In this document: one piece after another, positions 1-13,131 of the stretch
Layout: each line of letters begins with the position of its first letter
Position numbering within the stretch: position 1 is the stretch's first letter
Assembly (NCBI GenBank): GCA_950097015.1
Contig: CATNEN010000039.1
Location: forward strand, 8,184,001-8,248,000
Reading direction: 5' to 3'
Origin: Macrostomum hystrix
Lineage: Eukaryota; Animalia; Platyhelminthes
DNA length: 64,000 bases
Made by a program: the position numbers and the translations under genes
Notes under the pieces: generated by a model
Told to the model about the DNA's origin: nothing
Databases searched by the model: none
Seen by the model: only the letters and a program-made list of their open reading frames with translations

Positions 1-172
1 ATCTCTGGCGTGTCTCATCTCTCCCGTGTCTCATCTCTCCCGTGTCTCGTCTCCCCCGTGTCTCATCTCTCCCCTGTCTCATCTCTCGCGTGTCTCATCG
101 ATCCCGTGTCTTCTTGTCTCTCCTTGCCTTGTCTCTCCTTGTCTTGTCTCTCCTTGTCTTGTCTCTCCCGTG
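1..172. repeat. ~16-bp minisatellite (TCTCATCTCTCCCGTG) in nicotinamidase intron
   Basis: Direct tandem repeats visible; the same family occurs at 16073-16560 and 19295-19820. Confidence 0.9.
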
Positions 173-342
173 TACGAGCGTATTATCCATTGCCTGTCTT
201 GTATGTCCTCAATCTTTTCTCTCTGGTCAATGCGGCCTGCCATTGCTCTTAGATGCTATCTCTGGCCATCGATGTATAAAATATTGCCGAGCGCAGGTAA
301 AAAATATCGTGTCAAACTTGCGACAAACGCGCCCTTCCTTAC

Positions 343-1522
343 CCCAGATCCGTTGCACAGTGCCCGATTTTGGACATTGTCAATGAAGGAGATGTGGTCG
401 CCGGGGTGCCAGTCAAGCGAGTAGACGACGGTCTTCAGCTGGCTGGCGCATTTCTCCAGCGCTCGATTGATGATCGGCACAACTTCCGCTCCGTCCTGTC
501 CGGCCTCGCACGACTTCAGAGCCAGCGAACCGCTGATGAAATCGTTCTGCACGTCGACAATGACTAGGGCGCCGGGTCCGTTGAATATGACGCTAAGCCA
601 GGGTCCGGCAGTGTTTTGAAAGTCCTGACGGCTCACCACCCCATCCTGTAAGTTGCGGAAGATGTTTGCATATTAACAGTAGGACTACCAAGCCATTTTG
701 CTGCTTATTTTTATTTAGGCTTCATCTGTGAAATTGGATAAATTCGCGTCAGGGTGTCCACAGTGGCCTAGTTCCACTTGTTGTAGCCCTTGAAGGTCCA
801 GAAGTTCGTTTAGATAAAGGTAGGTGAACCACCGAAGACGGGGATGATGCAGGCGCATTGGGGTGACATGCTGATCAATTTTGAAGGCCGCACTGAGGCG
901 CAGTGCTAATTTGTCTAATACGGGTGTATGAAATACACTAGCGCTTATGAGGTAAATAAGACCCTTAGACAGAACCATTGAATATCTCGACGGTCTGAAG
1001 AGCTGGCGACTTGATAATTGTTTTAGAAGATGCGCAAGAAGAGTTTGGCCTTGAGTTTCGTTTGCTTGCGTTGCTCCGTTCGGGTGCAACAAAAAAAGTT
1101 GTCAGGAGGGGGGAATTTCCCCGCCTTGATAGTTCCACTGTTAAAGTTACAAAAATGGAGGAATAAAGACGAAAATATGTCAAATTCTTGCATTGTCGGC
1201 GTCCAAAAACGAGTGCAGCTTTGTCAAGTGCGCATCAGTCACCAAGCCAGAGGTTGCCAGATGGTTTAGCAACTGCTTGAGCTCTTTTTTATCCAGCGCC
1301 CCGTCTCTGCAATTTTATTATTATTCAAGCTGTTGTGGCAGAAATTTAGAAATTCTAAATTGTATAATAAGAATAAGAAGCAGTGATCTAATATATTTTT
1401 CAGCGACTGAGAGAGAGCGTAACGCACCTGTTCGTATCAAAGCAGAGGAACACTTTGTCAGCATCGGCGGTTGTTATATCCTTGCCAGGAAGCCGTGAAA
1501 TTATTTGTTTCGCTTCAGTCAT
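343..1522 (-). CDS. Naam: EF-hand-containing nicotinamidase (isochorismatase family), exons 1-3; continues left of the window
   Basis: Exons 1522-1428, 1306-1192 and 645-343 join in frame. They give two EF-hand loops (DTNRDGALDKKE, DADNDGVVSRQD) followed by the nicotinamidase motifs ALVIVDVQNDF and SLDWHPGDHISF. Intron 1 is GT-AG; intron 2 is GC-AG. Confidence 0.88.
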
Positions 1523-3132
1523 AGCTGGAAAGAGACAATTTAAATAGTGTTAATTAAGCCAGTCTTTTATTTCCGACTTTTTTGCCAAGTATTAGCAACC
1601 TTAAGCCTAGCATGTACTAGCCTAGCTAGTTTAATATTTTCAAAACAAGCTCCTCAAAAAGTGCTGGTTCAGGAAGTCAAAAAGTATTTTGTTTGATCCT
1701 TTAAATCAAACAAACATCTTTAAATGTACAGAGGACAGTCGATACAACACAGACGCTATCTTAAGCATTTTAATGTAAAACTATTTGTACTAAAAGAGAG
1801 TATGTACATCTGATTTAACAGGACATAACTCTATGTGAATTTTTATTTTAAGTTTGTAGTCTATAAAATGTTTCTAGAAGACAATTTTTCAGGTTTTATA
1901 AGCGCATTTAATCCATGAAACCGTGAAATTTTGAATTAATTTATCCTGCAAAAATATAGTACGTTCGTTATGAAAGGTGCTGTAATTAAGCAAATCTAGG
2001 CAAATTTCTATAATTTACTGTATTAAATTACAATTACAGAACTTTTAATTTTGCTATTGGATCTTTAAAAGTAATCTGCAATTATATAAAAACGATAGAT
2101 ATTAACAGTATCTAACCATTGTATTTTAGACATGTGCATGAGTTGCAAAAGATACGAGCTTAGTTTTTTTGTGTATAAGTAACTCACGCGCAAAAAATTA
2201 ATTGTCAATTACTTTTAGTATCCTCTAGATTTAAAGCTTGACGAAAATTTTCGGCAAAGAGAAACCGAGAGTCTCGATAATCATTTCACGAAAGCATGCA
2301 GCTGTGTCTGGATCGATTGGAGTTCATTCATACTGCTTTGATGCCTTTAAATTTTTACACGATTATTAAGATAAAGCACGAAATCTTCTGATTTCAGCTA
2401 AAGTGTTATCCACAAACACTAATCGAGGAAGTACATTTTTTGTTTTCTACTGCCTCCATTTTTTATGTAGTATGCAAATTTACCTAGCGAAGTTTGTACA
2501 TTTTGATTTACCAAATTGAAACCCGGTGGACAAAATGAAAAGTTTAAGTCGATCACACACATTAGAGCTTATATATATTCATCAGATTACGTTTATTCGA
2601 TTGTGCTATCCATTTCATTTAATCTTAAGTATATAATATTATTAAGCCTATTATTATTTTTCCGCTTTTCCAAGAACAAAGAATCCTAAATTCATAGCAT
2701 TATATAATATATATCACAAAAATGTAATGGATGCTTTTGGCAATTATAATAACAACAATGTTGTAATTTTCTAACCAATTAGGCCTTGATTAACAGATTA
2801 AATCTAGGCAAGTGTTTATTGTCCAACATAAGGGTCTAAGCCTAGTGATTGTAAAATTTGTTAAACAAGTATGACTAAAGCCTGTTAAGTTTTTTGTATT
2901 AAGCTAAGTGACATTCATAAAGAATGAAAAATTAAACTGTTGTGACCCTCAAACCTTAGATTCACACTTGCTACCTACAACAAAGTGGCATAAATGCTGC
3001 ATCTTAATATCAATGAGTTAGCAGTTTATTCCTTGAAGAAAGGAAAGGTTTGCTACTAATGAGGGGCAGAATTTATACAATGGACTTTCAGTAAACAATA
3101 CATATTTTTTCTATGGCCAAGTGTGCAAGTAC

Positions 3133-4202
3133 TATACCTTTTTACATTCTATTTGATAAAAACTGCAACCAATTTGGCCATTGCTCAGCCTGACGCAGCC
3201 GCAGCAATTTTCCATAGACAGCCGCCGCTAGCAACAAACAACCAATTTGGTAAAAACTGCGAGCTAGCTATTTTGCCAGCTTGAAGATAGCAGCTCACTG
3301 CTGTATTTGACCTGCCCTGTCAACAGCAGTAGTGAAATAGGGAGCGATAGCATAACAATAATGATAAAGAATGGTAACAATATGTCCTCAGTCAGAAGTC
3401 AGAACACGAATTCATAACATTAAGAATGATAACAATGTCCTCAGTCAGAAGTCAGAACATGAATTTATAACATTATGTCCTCAGCATTCAAGCACCGATT
3501 GAAGTACGTCTGGGAGTGGTTGATCCAGCGCAGGCACTTAAGAGGCGTGATGTAGTTCAGTGCTTGCTGCACTTCTCTCTTCAGAATGCGCATCCTGTGC
3601 TGATGCAGTGTCGCACCTGCTGCAGCAGCCAGTCTAGTATCTGCCACCTCACACTGAATGGCAGGTGAGTGCAGTTGCCTTTTCATCTTGGCCTTCAGTG
3701 CCAAGGCTGCGTACTCCGCCAGGTTGATGAACAGTGAGTATGGAGGCAGGAATCAGTGAGCATGACCTTCAGACATCCCAGGGACACCTAGGGGAGTGTG
3801 TGCCCTATTGGACAATAGCACAAACACCTCTTCCATCAGAACATCAATCTCAGAGAGGAATTCCATGAAGTGCTCATTCTTAAAGCCTCCTTCAATGAGA
3901 GTGCTGTGAACGAGGCAGAGTTGCGAGATGGCCAGGCATCATGGATTCCTGTACGCTCTCACGATTCACTCTCGATCCAGTTGACTTATCTTTTGGTATG
4001 GCCCACGATTCGCCATCAGAGTTATGATAAGATGATAATAATGATAAGAATGATATCTTCAAGCTGGCAAAATAGCTCGCAGTTTTTACCAAATTGGTTG
4101 CTGCTAGCGGTGGCTGTCTATGGAAAATTGCTGCGGCTGCGTCAGGCTGAGCTGTGGCCAAATTGGTTGCAGTTTTTATCAAATAGAACATAGAAAGGTA
4201 TA
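3133..4202 (-). mobile_element. Decayed Tc1/IS630-family DNA transposon with ~155-bp TIRs
   Basis: 3133-3290 is the reverse complement of 4050-4202. The internal minus strand translates to AISQLCLVHSTLIEGGFKNEHFMEFL...*FLPPYSLFINLAEYAA, resembling the Tc1/IS630 DDE C-terminal LPPYSPxLNPIE motif, with a stop codon. Confidence 0.75.
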
Positions 4203-5181
4203 TTAGGACTTAGACTGTGTAAGAAACCAAAATATCAGATCTACTTATTAGTTAGCCAAATAAAATAAACATGGTTCATTATTTATGGTCACTAAAATGG
4301 AAGCTAAAAATATGTTTCACTGTCACATCCATCTAATTAGCTACTTAAAACATTTTTGCTTTTTTCTTTATTGTTTTGGCTCATGTTTAGGCCTAGTTTG
4401 GTTAACTATTTATGATTGCTCAAAATATGAATTTTAATGTATGTCTTCAAGAACAAAATATTTAACCCATTGCTTTTCTAACTTAATAAATAATTTTTCA
4501 ACAGTCTACAGTAAATAGCGACTGTAATAATATGTAATAAATGTAATAATGTAAAGTAAATGTAAAGTAAATGTAAAGTAAAAAAAAAGTAAAGTAATAA
4601 AATAGTAAAATAAATGTAATAAATCTACAGTAGGTAAATTTTATATGTATATTTGACCAATATAGACTAAGTGTCACAACCATGTTTAGGTATTATGCTA
4701 TTAGTTAAACAATTTATAATATTTATAGTAAATCAAAAAACATCAAACAGACTAAGGTAAGTTTAAAAATTGCTGGGTATTAAGTTAGTTCTATTAGGAG
4801 ACAGTGATTAGGCGTGCTTACTGTCATCTTAAAGATGCCTTTGAAGAAACAGAATGCTGTAGAAGGTGTATAGTTCTGCCAAATTTACAGCTAGTGGCAA
4901 CACTGTAGCCACAATGCTGCACTGTCAGAGACTGTGTACAGCTGTTCAATCTATCTATAGACTGTAATAAAGTGTCTTCACCAAGGACAATGTTCTGCAA
5001 TACAAACTCCCTACCTCTCAATAAGAAGTGCAAAAGCTCTTTCCACTGTACTTCAATAATACAATGTTATTAAAGCAATTAACTAAATATATATTCCAGT
5101 TAAGCAACTAGCAAATCAGACAGCTGCTGCATCTAAGTCCCAGAACCTATTAAAAGCTATTAAATTAAAAAAAATCTAGCA

Positions 5182-7307
5182 ATGTCTTCTGCTGCGGCAG
5201 CTCCCAGTGGCTATGAGTCTGTTCTATGCGTGAAGCCCGATGTCAAAGTCTACCGCCTGCCGCCGCGCCAATCAAATCGAGCCGTTCGGGCTGCCGACTG
5301 GCAGCTGGAATCGCCTGATTGGTCAGGCCGGCTCAGGATTGTGTCCGTTGATAAGCGGCTCTGGCTGCGATTGGAGGATAAAACTAGCGGCGACTTGTTC
5401 GCCCGCTGCCCTGTTGACGCCTTCCCCGGCGTCGCCATTGAGCCGGTGGCAGATTCCAGTCGCTACTTTGTCATCCGCGTGCAGGACGACAGTGGCCGGG
5501 CCGCCTTTGTTGGCATCGGCTTCGACGACCGCGGCGACGCCTTCGACTTTAATGTGGCCGTCCAGGACCATTTCAAGTGGATCAAGCAGGAGGCTGAGGC
5601 TGTTCAGGTGAGAAATCTGCTGTTGTCCCCTTGACTGATTGATCGACTGCTGTCCCCTTGACTGATTGATCGGCTGCTGTCCCTTTGACTGATTGATCGG
5701 CTGCTGTCCCTTTGACTGATTGATCGGCTGCTGTCCCTTTGACTGATTGATCGGCTGCTGTCCCTTTGACTGATTGATCAACTGCTGTCCCTTTGACTGA
5801 TTGATCAGCTGCTGTCCCTTTGACTGATTGATCGACTGCTGTCCCCTTGACTAATTGATCGGCTGTTGTCCCTTGACTGATTGATCGGCTGCTGTCCCAT
5901 TGACTGATTGATCGGCTGCTGTCCCATTGACTGATTGATCGGCTGCTGTCTTATTGACTGATTTATCGGCTGCTGTCCCTTTTTACTGATTGATCAACTG
6001 CTGTCCCTTTGACTGATTGATCGGCTGCTGTCCCTTTGACTGATTGATCGACTGCTGTCCCCTTGACTAATTGATCGGCTCGTGTCCCATTGACTGATTG
6101 ATCGGCTGCTGTCCCTTTGACTGATTGATCGACTGCTGTCCCCTTGACTAATTGATCGGCTGCTGTCCCATTGACTGATTGATCGGCTGCTGTCCCTTTG
6201 ACTGATTTATCGGCTGCTGTCCCTTTGACTGATTGATCAACTGCTGTCCCTTTGACTGATTGATCAGCTGCTGTCCCTTTGACTGATTGATCGACTGCTG
6301 TCCCCTTGACTGATTGATCGGCTGTTGTCCCTTGACTGATTGATCGGCTGTTGTCCCTTGACTGATTGATCGGCTGCTGTCCCATTGACTGATTGATCGG
6401 CTGCTGTCCCATTGACTGATTGATCGGCTGCTGTCTTATTGACTGATTTATCGGCTGCTGTCCCTTTGACTGATTGATCAACTGCTGTCCCTTTGACTGA
6501 TTGATCGGCTGCTGTCCCTTTGACTGATTGATCGACTGCTGTCCCCTTGACTAATTGATCGGCTGCTGTCCCATTGACTGATTGATCGGCTGTTGTCCCT
6601 TGACTGATTGATCGGCTGCTGTCCCATTGACTGATTGATCGGCTGCTGTCCCCTTGACTGATTGATCGGCTGCTGTCTTATTGACTGATTTATCGGCTGC
6701 TGTCCCCTTGACTGATTGATCGGCTGCTGTCCCATTGACTGATTGATCGGCTGCTGTCCCATTGACTGATTGATCGGCTGCTGTCTTATTGACTGATTTA
6801 TCGGCTGCTGTCCCCTTGACTGATTGATCGGCTGCTGTCCCCTTGACTGATTGATCGGCTGCTGTCCCCTTGACTGATTTATCGGCTGCTGTCCCCTTGA
6901 CTGATTTATCGGCTGCTGTCCCCTTGACTGATTGATCGGCTGCTGTCCCCTTGACTGATTGGCTATTATCCCCTTGATTGATTGGCTATTATCCATTGCT
7001 TGATCCGCTATAATCTCCTTAATTGATCAAGGCCGCCAAGGAGATGGCCGAAGGTCCCAAGCTGGACCTCAGTCTGAAGGAGGGCCAGACGTTTCGCATA
7101 GCCATCAACACTAACCGAGGCGCCGGCGGCGAAAGCTCAGGAAATCGGTCTCGACCCAAACCGGCCGGCGGCGCAGCCTCCGGAGGAATTCTCCTGCCCC
7201 CGCCGCCGGCTCCCGGCTCTAGGCACGGCCAGCTAAAGCCGTCGGCCAACGCTGAGCAAGTTGGGGTGACGCAACCAGCTGCTGGCGGCTGGGACACATT
7301 CCAGTAG
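5182..7307 (+). CDS. NECAP: Adaptin ear-binding coat-associated protein (NECAP)
   Basis: Exons 5182-5607 and 7032-7307 (GT..AG, phase 0). Contains the PHear domain ([19 protein letters not shown]...DSSRYFVIR...[14 protein letters not shown]), the KEGQT motif and a C-terminal WDTF (WxxF) motif. Confidence 0.95.
5617..6995. repeat. 27-bp minisatellite filling the NECAP intron
   Basis: Unit CTGCTGTCCCTTTGACTGATTGATCGG in about 50 copies. Confidence 0.95.
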
Positions 7308-8232
7308 GCACGGGTTAACTACCTATGAGTAGTCTGGGGATCACAGCAAATGAAGGAATATACTAGTCCATAAAATCATGGAATAGAATCATTGTACTAG
7401 ACCATTTGTTGAATGGGGTGATGGAATAATAACAGATTCAGGCTGTTAAGTGTGCGTTGTGCTTGCACCATTTTTTATAAAATTGTTTAAATTTACCTAA
7501 TAATCTGTATTTCACTTATAAATTGATGAGATTTGAAATTGATTGTAAATTATGCAAAAAAATAGAGCTGGATGACCCATTTTATGTAACATGGGTCAAC
7601 TAAACCGTGTTAATTAATTTGTTACATTTTCCCTGCGATTTGAACGCGACAAAACAATTGATTTATATTGATTTGTTCTGCATGACTTCTAATATATACC
7701 TGATAATGAGGATCGATGTTGCTTTACAACCTGTTTACCTAGAACTGTTAAAATAGGGTTCTAAATCTTATCGTATCGTCAATAAACGGTTAACTATAAA
7801 AAGCAGTTTATCTCTTTGAGACAAGACTATTTCTGTGTCACTGCCGCTTTGAGAATAAAAAAACAACAAATCAAATCCAAAACTACTTCTGTGTTTAATT
7901 AATTGTCTACTTTACATTGCTTATTAATAATCTGTGCCTATGCTGTGTTTGTAAGTCCACTTATTGTGCATTGTAGTTGCGGCTATGAGCATAGTAAAAG
8001 TAATTATTATTAGTTATGCATAACTCTATGATAAATACAATATGAGATATCTATTATAGTTTAATGTGCATGCTTATAAAAAATTATAATAGTTTAAAAC
8101 AATTGTTTTTGTTTTTTTAAATTGCCGTTCGGCCCACCTCTAGGATTGACTCATCATTGAGCTAATTTAGTTCATTGTTAACTGATTGAAAACCAACTCA
8201 TTGCAGACCTGTTGTTCAGTTGGGCATTAAAA

Positions 8233-11200
8233 ATGTGCGAACAATTGAAGCTCAAACTAGCCTGTCTTGTCCGCGAAGCCGGCTCCCCAGCAACTGTACA
8301 CCTGCACAGCGCCAACGCGGCAGTCTGTCTGGCTTTGGGCGAGCGTCCGCTGAAAGGCTCGCTAGCTGAGCTGCTGGATCTAGAGGCCTGCCAACTGAGG
8401 CCGGCCCTGCATCAGCACCTGTTGCAGCAGCAGCAGCAGCAGCAGCAGCCGTCACAGGCTTTGCAGGCTTCATTGGCAGCCCTCGAGTCGCATCTGGAAA
8501 AGTTGCAACAAAAGAAGCAGCAATTTCTGTCTGGCAGCGCTGACAAGCCCGGCGCCGCTGATATCATTCTGTGGTCGGATCTGTGCCCGCTGCTCCTGCA
8601 GTCTCTGGCACCGTCCGCATTGTCGGCCACTGTGTCAAAGTCTTTTCCCAGACTGGCGGATTGGTTCCAGCGCCTTGCCAACAGCCGGCCAGACTTTTTC
8701 GCCGCGGCCAGAGAAACTTTAGCCGCCGCCGCCGAGGAGGTCCGCACTGTGGGCGTCGGCGTCAACGCCAATGCTGAGCCCGCTTTCGGCTTCCTGCGGG
8801 AGCCAGTTCCGCTGCCCGCAAGAACGGCTGGGGCCGCTGCGGCCAAGCCAAACGGTCAACTAAAACAGAAATCGAAGCCGCAGCAGCAGCAGCAGCAGCA
8901 GCAAGCTGAAGTACTGGAAGATCTGCCATATCCGGAAGCCACCGAGGAGGAACTGCTGGCCTGTCGTGACGCTTTCGTGTCGAGCCGCGGCGCTCAGAAG
9001 CCATTCTCGGCGAAGGGCAGCCGCGATCAGCCGGTCCTGCCGGTGAAGGGCCAACAGAACTTGCTGATTACCAGCGCCCTGCCATACGTGAACAATGTGC
9101 CACACCTGGGCAACATCATCGGCTGCGTCCTCAGCGCCGATGTCTACGCTAGATTTCATCGTCAGCGAGGCGTCAACGTGCTGTTCGTGTGCGGCACGGA
9201 CGAATACGGCACCGCCACGGAGACCAAGGCCCTGGCCGAGGGCGTCACTCCGCAAGCCATCTGCGACAAGTACCACAAGATTCACGCCGACATTTACTCT
9301 TGGTTCGGCATCGACTTCGATTGTTTCGGTAGGACAACCACAGCTGAGCAGACTAGAATTGCGCAGGACATCTTCTGGCGCCTCCATCGGGCTGGTCACG
9401 TGTTGCACGACTCAGTCAGCCAGCTCTACTGCGGCAAATGCGACAAGTTTCTGGCAGACAGGTGCGGGCGATAGTATTCAAGACTCATTAGATGCCGCAT
9501 AGAATTTTCATATTTACTCCCGCCGTTTTCCCGCGATTTCCTTCGGCACTCTTCGCTCTTGAGCCAATTTCTGCACAAATTAGATGACGTAATATTAACT
9601 TCATAGCTACTCCCGCCGTTTACCCGCGATTCCTTTGGCACTCTTCGCTCTTGAGCCAATTTCTACACTAATTAGATGACGTAATATTAACTTCATAGCT
9701 ACTGCCGCCGTTTACCCGCGATTCCTTCGGCACTCTTCGCTCTTGAGCCAATTTCTACACTAATTAGATGACGTAATATTAACTTCATAGCTACTGCCGC
9801 CGTTTACCCGCGATTCCTTCGGCACTCTTCGCTCTTGAGCCAATTTCTACACTAATTAAATGACGCAATAAAACGTTTGAGTTACTCCCGCCGTTTACCC
9901 GCATTTTCTTTGGCCTCTTCGCTGTTCAGCCTATTTCTGGACTAATTAGATGACACAAAGAATCGTCATAGTTACTCCCGCCGTATACCCGCAATGCATT
10001 CGGCAATCTTCTTTTCCAGATTCGTTGAGGGCACCTGTCCGCTCTGTCAGTATATCGACTGTCGCGGGGATCAATGCGACAAATGCGGCCGCCTAATCAA
10101 CGCCGTTGAGCTAGTGAATCCTCGCTGCAAGGTCTGCTCATCTTCGCCCACCGTTCGCTCATCCGAGCACCTGTTTCTTGACCTGCCCAAGCTGCAGCCG
10201 TTGCTATTGAAGCACCTGGACTCGGTGCTGGATGCGCCAGATTCCCAGTGGACGGACAATGCCAAACAGATCACTCGCAGCTGGATTAAGACTGGTCTAC
10301 AACCGCGCTGCATCAGTCGCGACCTAAAATGGGGCACCCCGGTGCCTCTAGAGGGTTACACTGACAAGGTCTTCTACGTGTGGTTCGACGCACCGATTGG
10401 CTATGTGTCTATCACGGCCAACTATACCAAGGGTGAGGGCTGTAGCAGAAGGCTGACTGCTCAGGGCTCCTGATGAGAAAGTTAGGGCAGATGTACACAC
10501 CAATGTGTGTGCCTGCGTACGGTATCTGTGGGCGTGTGTGCTCAGGAGTCAGCGAAATCGGTAGAATTGCCTCTGGCACTGGCTGCGGGTCTGGTGTCAC
10601 CTAATGATGTGGTTAAAATACAGCCCAGGGGCGGGAGGGGTGGGTGTTTATGTCCAATCAGCGATCGCCAATCGGACACTTTATAAGCCTCGCCTAAATC
10701 ACGCATCATGTGTACAAACATTAAAAAAAGCCAACCATTTGAACATCAGACGAATGTACATCATGCAAAGAGTCACTTGAGCACACACTCTGGTGTCAAA
10801 ATAAGTAACTCTACCATAACAATTCGCCATCCCAACCCTGACAGACTGGGAGCAGTGGTGGAAGCAGCCAGACGAGGTCACCCTGGTACAGTTTATGGCC
10901 AAGGACAATGTCCCATTCCATTCGGTGATCTTTCCCGCGTGCTGCCTTGGCGCGGATGACGGCTACACGGTGGTCCGGCACCTCGTGGCCACCGAGTACC
11001 TGAACTACGAGGACGGCAAATTCTCAAAGAGTCGTGGAGTCGGCGTCTTTGGCAACGACGTCCAGGCCACGGGCATCGAGGCCGACGTCTGGCGCTTCTA
11101 CCTGCTCTACGTGCGGCCCGAGAGTCAGGACAGCAGCTTCTCCTGGGAGGACCTCATGCTGAAGAACAACAGCGAGTTGCTGAACAATCTTGGCAATTTT

Positions 11201-12306
11201 ATTAATCGACCTTTGCAGTTCTTAAAGAAGTACTTCAATGCTGAGGTGCCGCTGATCAGCTTGAGCCAGGAGGATCTGAGGTTCTTGCACGCGGTTAATC
11301 ACGAATTGAAGAACTTTATTGACAGCTTGGAGAAAGCCAAACTGCGGGACGGACTGCGCAGGGTGCTGAATATCTCCAGGTGGGAATAGCGATGATCAGA
11401 ATCTGTGTTGGACAGCCTTTATCCTAATTGGTCATCTGACATCTATATCGATTACCTGTCATCCATTTTGATCACCCGTCTTTCATATGGATCACCTGTC
11501 ATTAATATTGATCACCTGTCATTAATATTGATCACCTGTCATTAATATTGATCACCTGTCATTAATATTGATCACCTGTCATTAATATTGATCACCTGTC
11601 ATTCCTATGGATCACCTGTCATTAATATTGATCACCCGTCATTCGTATGGATCACCTGTCATCAATTTTGATCACCTGTCATTAATATTGATCACCTGTC
11701 ATCCATTTTGACCACCTGTCATCCATTTTGACCACCTGTCATCCATTTTGACCACCTGTCATCCATTTTGATCACGTGTCATTCATATTGATCACCTGTC
11801 TTTCATATTGATCACCTGTCATCCATATTGATCACCTGTCATCCATATTGATCACCTGTCATCCATATTGATCACCTGTCATCCATATCTATCACATGTA
11901 ATGCCCAGCTCTATCACAGCCCAGCATTGCCCACCCACCCAGATACGGCAACCAGTACATGCAGCTGAACAAGCCCTGGGCCCAGCTGGCCAATCAGGAC
12001 ACAGCTAGCCGAGCCGCATCAGTTGTGGCTCTGGCCGCTAACGTCGCCTGCCTGCTTGGCGCCCTGCTGCAGCCCTACATGCCAGTGGTTGCCAGGCGGG
12101 TTGCTAGCCAGTGCGGCTGCCTCCCAGCTGCCACTGAGAGCAGTCGAGATCAACCGCCGCTGCTGCCTATTCAGCATCCGATGCCGCTGCTCCTGCCTGC
12201 CGGACACCGCATCGGAGAGCCTAGTCCGCTGTTTGCCAAATTGCAACGCGAGCAGATTGAAGCCATGCGGGCCAAGTTTGGCGGTACCGGCGGCCGCTGC
12301 GACTGA
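8233..12306 (+). CDS. MARS1: Cytosolic methionyl-tRNA synthetase
   Basis: Exons 8233-9461, 10020-10432, 10845-11379 and 11943-12306 join in frame via GT-AG introns. Contains [16 protein letters not shown] (HIGH), zinc knuckles, KFSKS (KMSKS) and an N-terminal GST-like region. No C-terminal WHEP domain is seen. Confidence 0.95.
9515..9995. repeat. ~92-bp tandem repeat in MARS1 intron 1
   Basis: CTACT(C/G)CCGCCGTTTACCCGCGATTCC... recurs at 9607, 9699 and 9791, with degenerate flanking copies. Confidence 0.9.
10470..10612 (+). mobile_element. SINE family A fragment (MARS1 intron 2)
   Basis: Reverse-complement match to the copies at 17800, 27870 and 51340. Confidence 0.8.
11445..11900. repeat. 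20-bp minisatellite in MARS1 intron 3
   Basis: Unit ATCACCTGTCATTAATATTG and variants. Confidence 0.95.
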
Positions 12307-12344
12307 CATAATTTGCTTAAACTTTGTGTCTGCTCAACTATTAC

Positions 12345-12810
12345 AGCTCCATTAGCGTTGAGCACAGCCGCTATTGAGTAGCCTACTCAATCAACTCCAG
12401 CTCCATCAGCCCTGAGCACAGTCCCTATTGAATAGCCTACTCAATCAACTCCAGCTCCATCAACTCTTAGCACAGTCCCTATTGATTAGCCTACTCAATC
12501 AACTCCAGCTCCATCAGCTCTGAGCACAGTCGCTATTGAGTAGCCTACTCAATCAACTCCAGCTCCATCAGCTCTGAGCACAGTCCCTATTGAGTAGCGT
12601 ACTCAATCAACTCCAGCTCCATCAGCTCTGAGCACAGTCCCTATTGAGTAGCGTACTCAATTAACTCCAGCTTCATCAGCCCTGAGCACAGTCGCTATTG
12701 AGTAGCCTACTCAATCAACTCCAGCTCCATCAGCCCTGAGCACAGTCGCTATTGAGTAGCCTACTCAATCAACTCCAGCTCCATCAGCCCTGAGCACAAT
12801 CCCCTACTCA
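12345..12810. repeat. 54-bp tandem repeat just after the MARS1 stop codon
   Basis: Each unit contains the palindrome ATTGAGTAG-C-CTACTCAAT; about 8 copies. Confidence 0.9.
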
Positions 12811-13131
12811 TCAGTAGCAGCAGCCTTAGCCTTTTTATCAACTTTAGGACACTTCAGAGCAGTGTTGAAATGTACTTGTTTTCGATATTTTTGTTGTGCA
12901 TTCGCCAGTGCTTTGTGCCAGCAGAGAATGTTTGATCAGCTCATTTATTAATATTTGCTTTGACAAAAATAAATTCTAATGCGCGAACCGATCGTCAAGC
13001 ACCTCGTTCAGTAGTTGGCGCCACAATGACTAAAAAGTTGACTTCCTTGCTGTGTGATTCTAGACTTTACATGGTTTAACTGACTGCTTGATTTTTGTCT
13101 TTGTTTTTAATTAATTCCCTTAGATAATTGT

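Noticed and set aside
715-1092. 125-aa ORF inside nicotinamidase intron 2
   Set aside because: Non-ATG start and no recognisable motif; the flanking exons join without it.
10470-10560. CTGATGAG...GAAA resembling a hammerhead core
   Set aside because: Stems I-III cannot be formed, and other copies read CTGACGATGAG, so this is a deletion variant.
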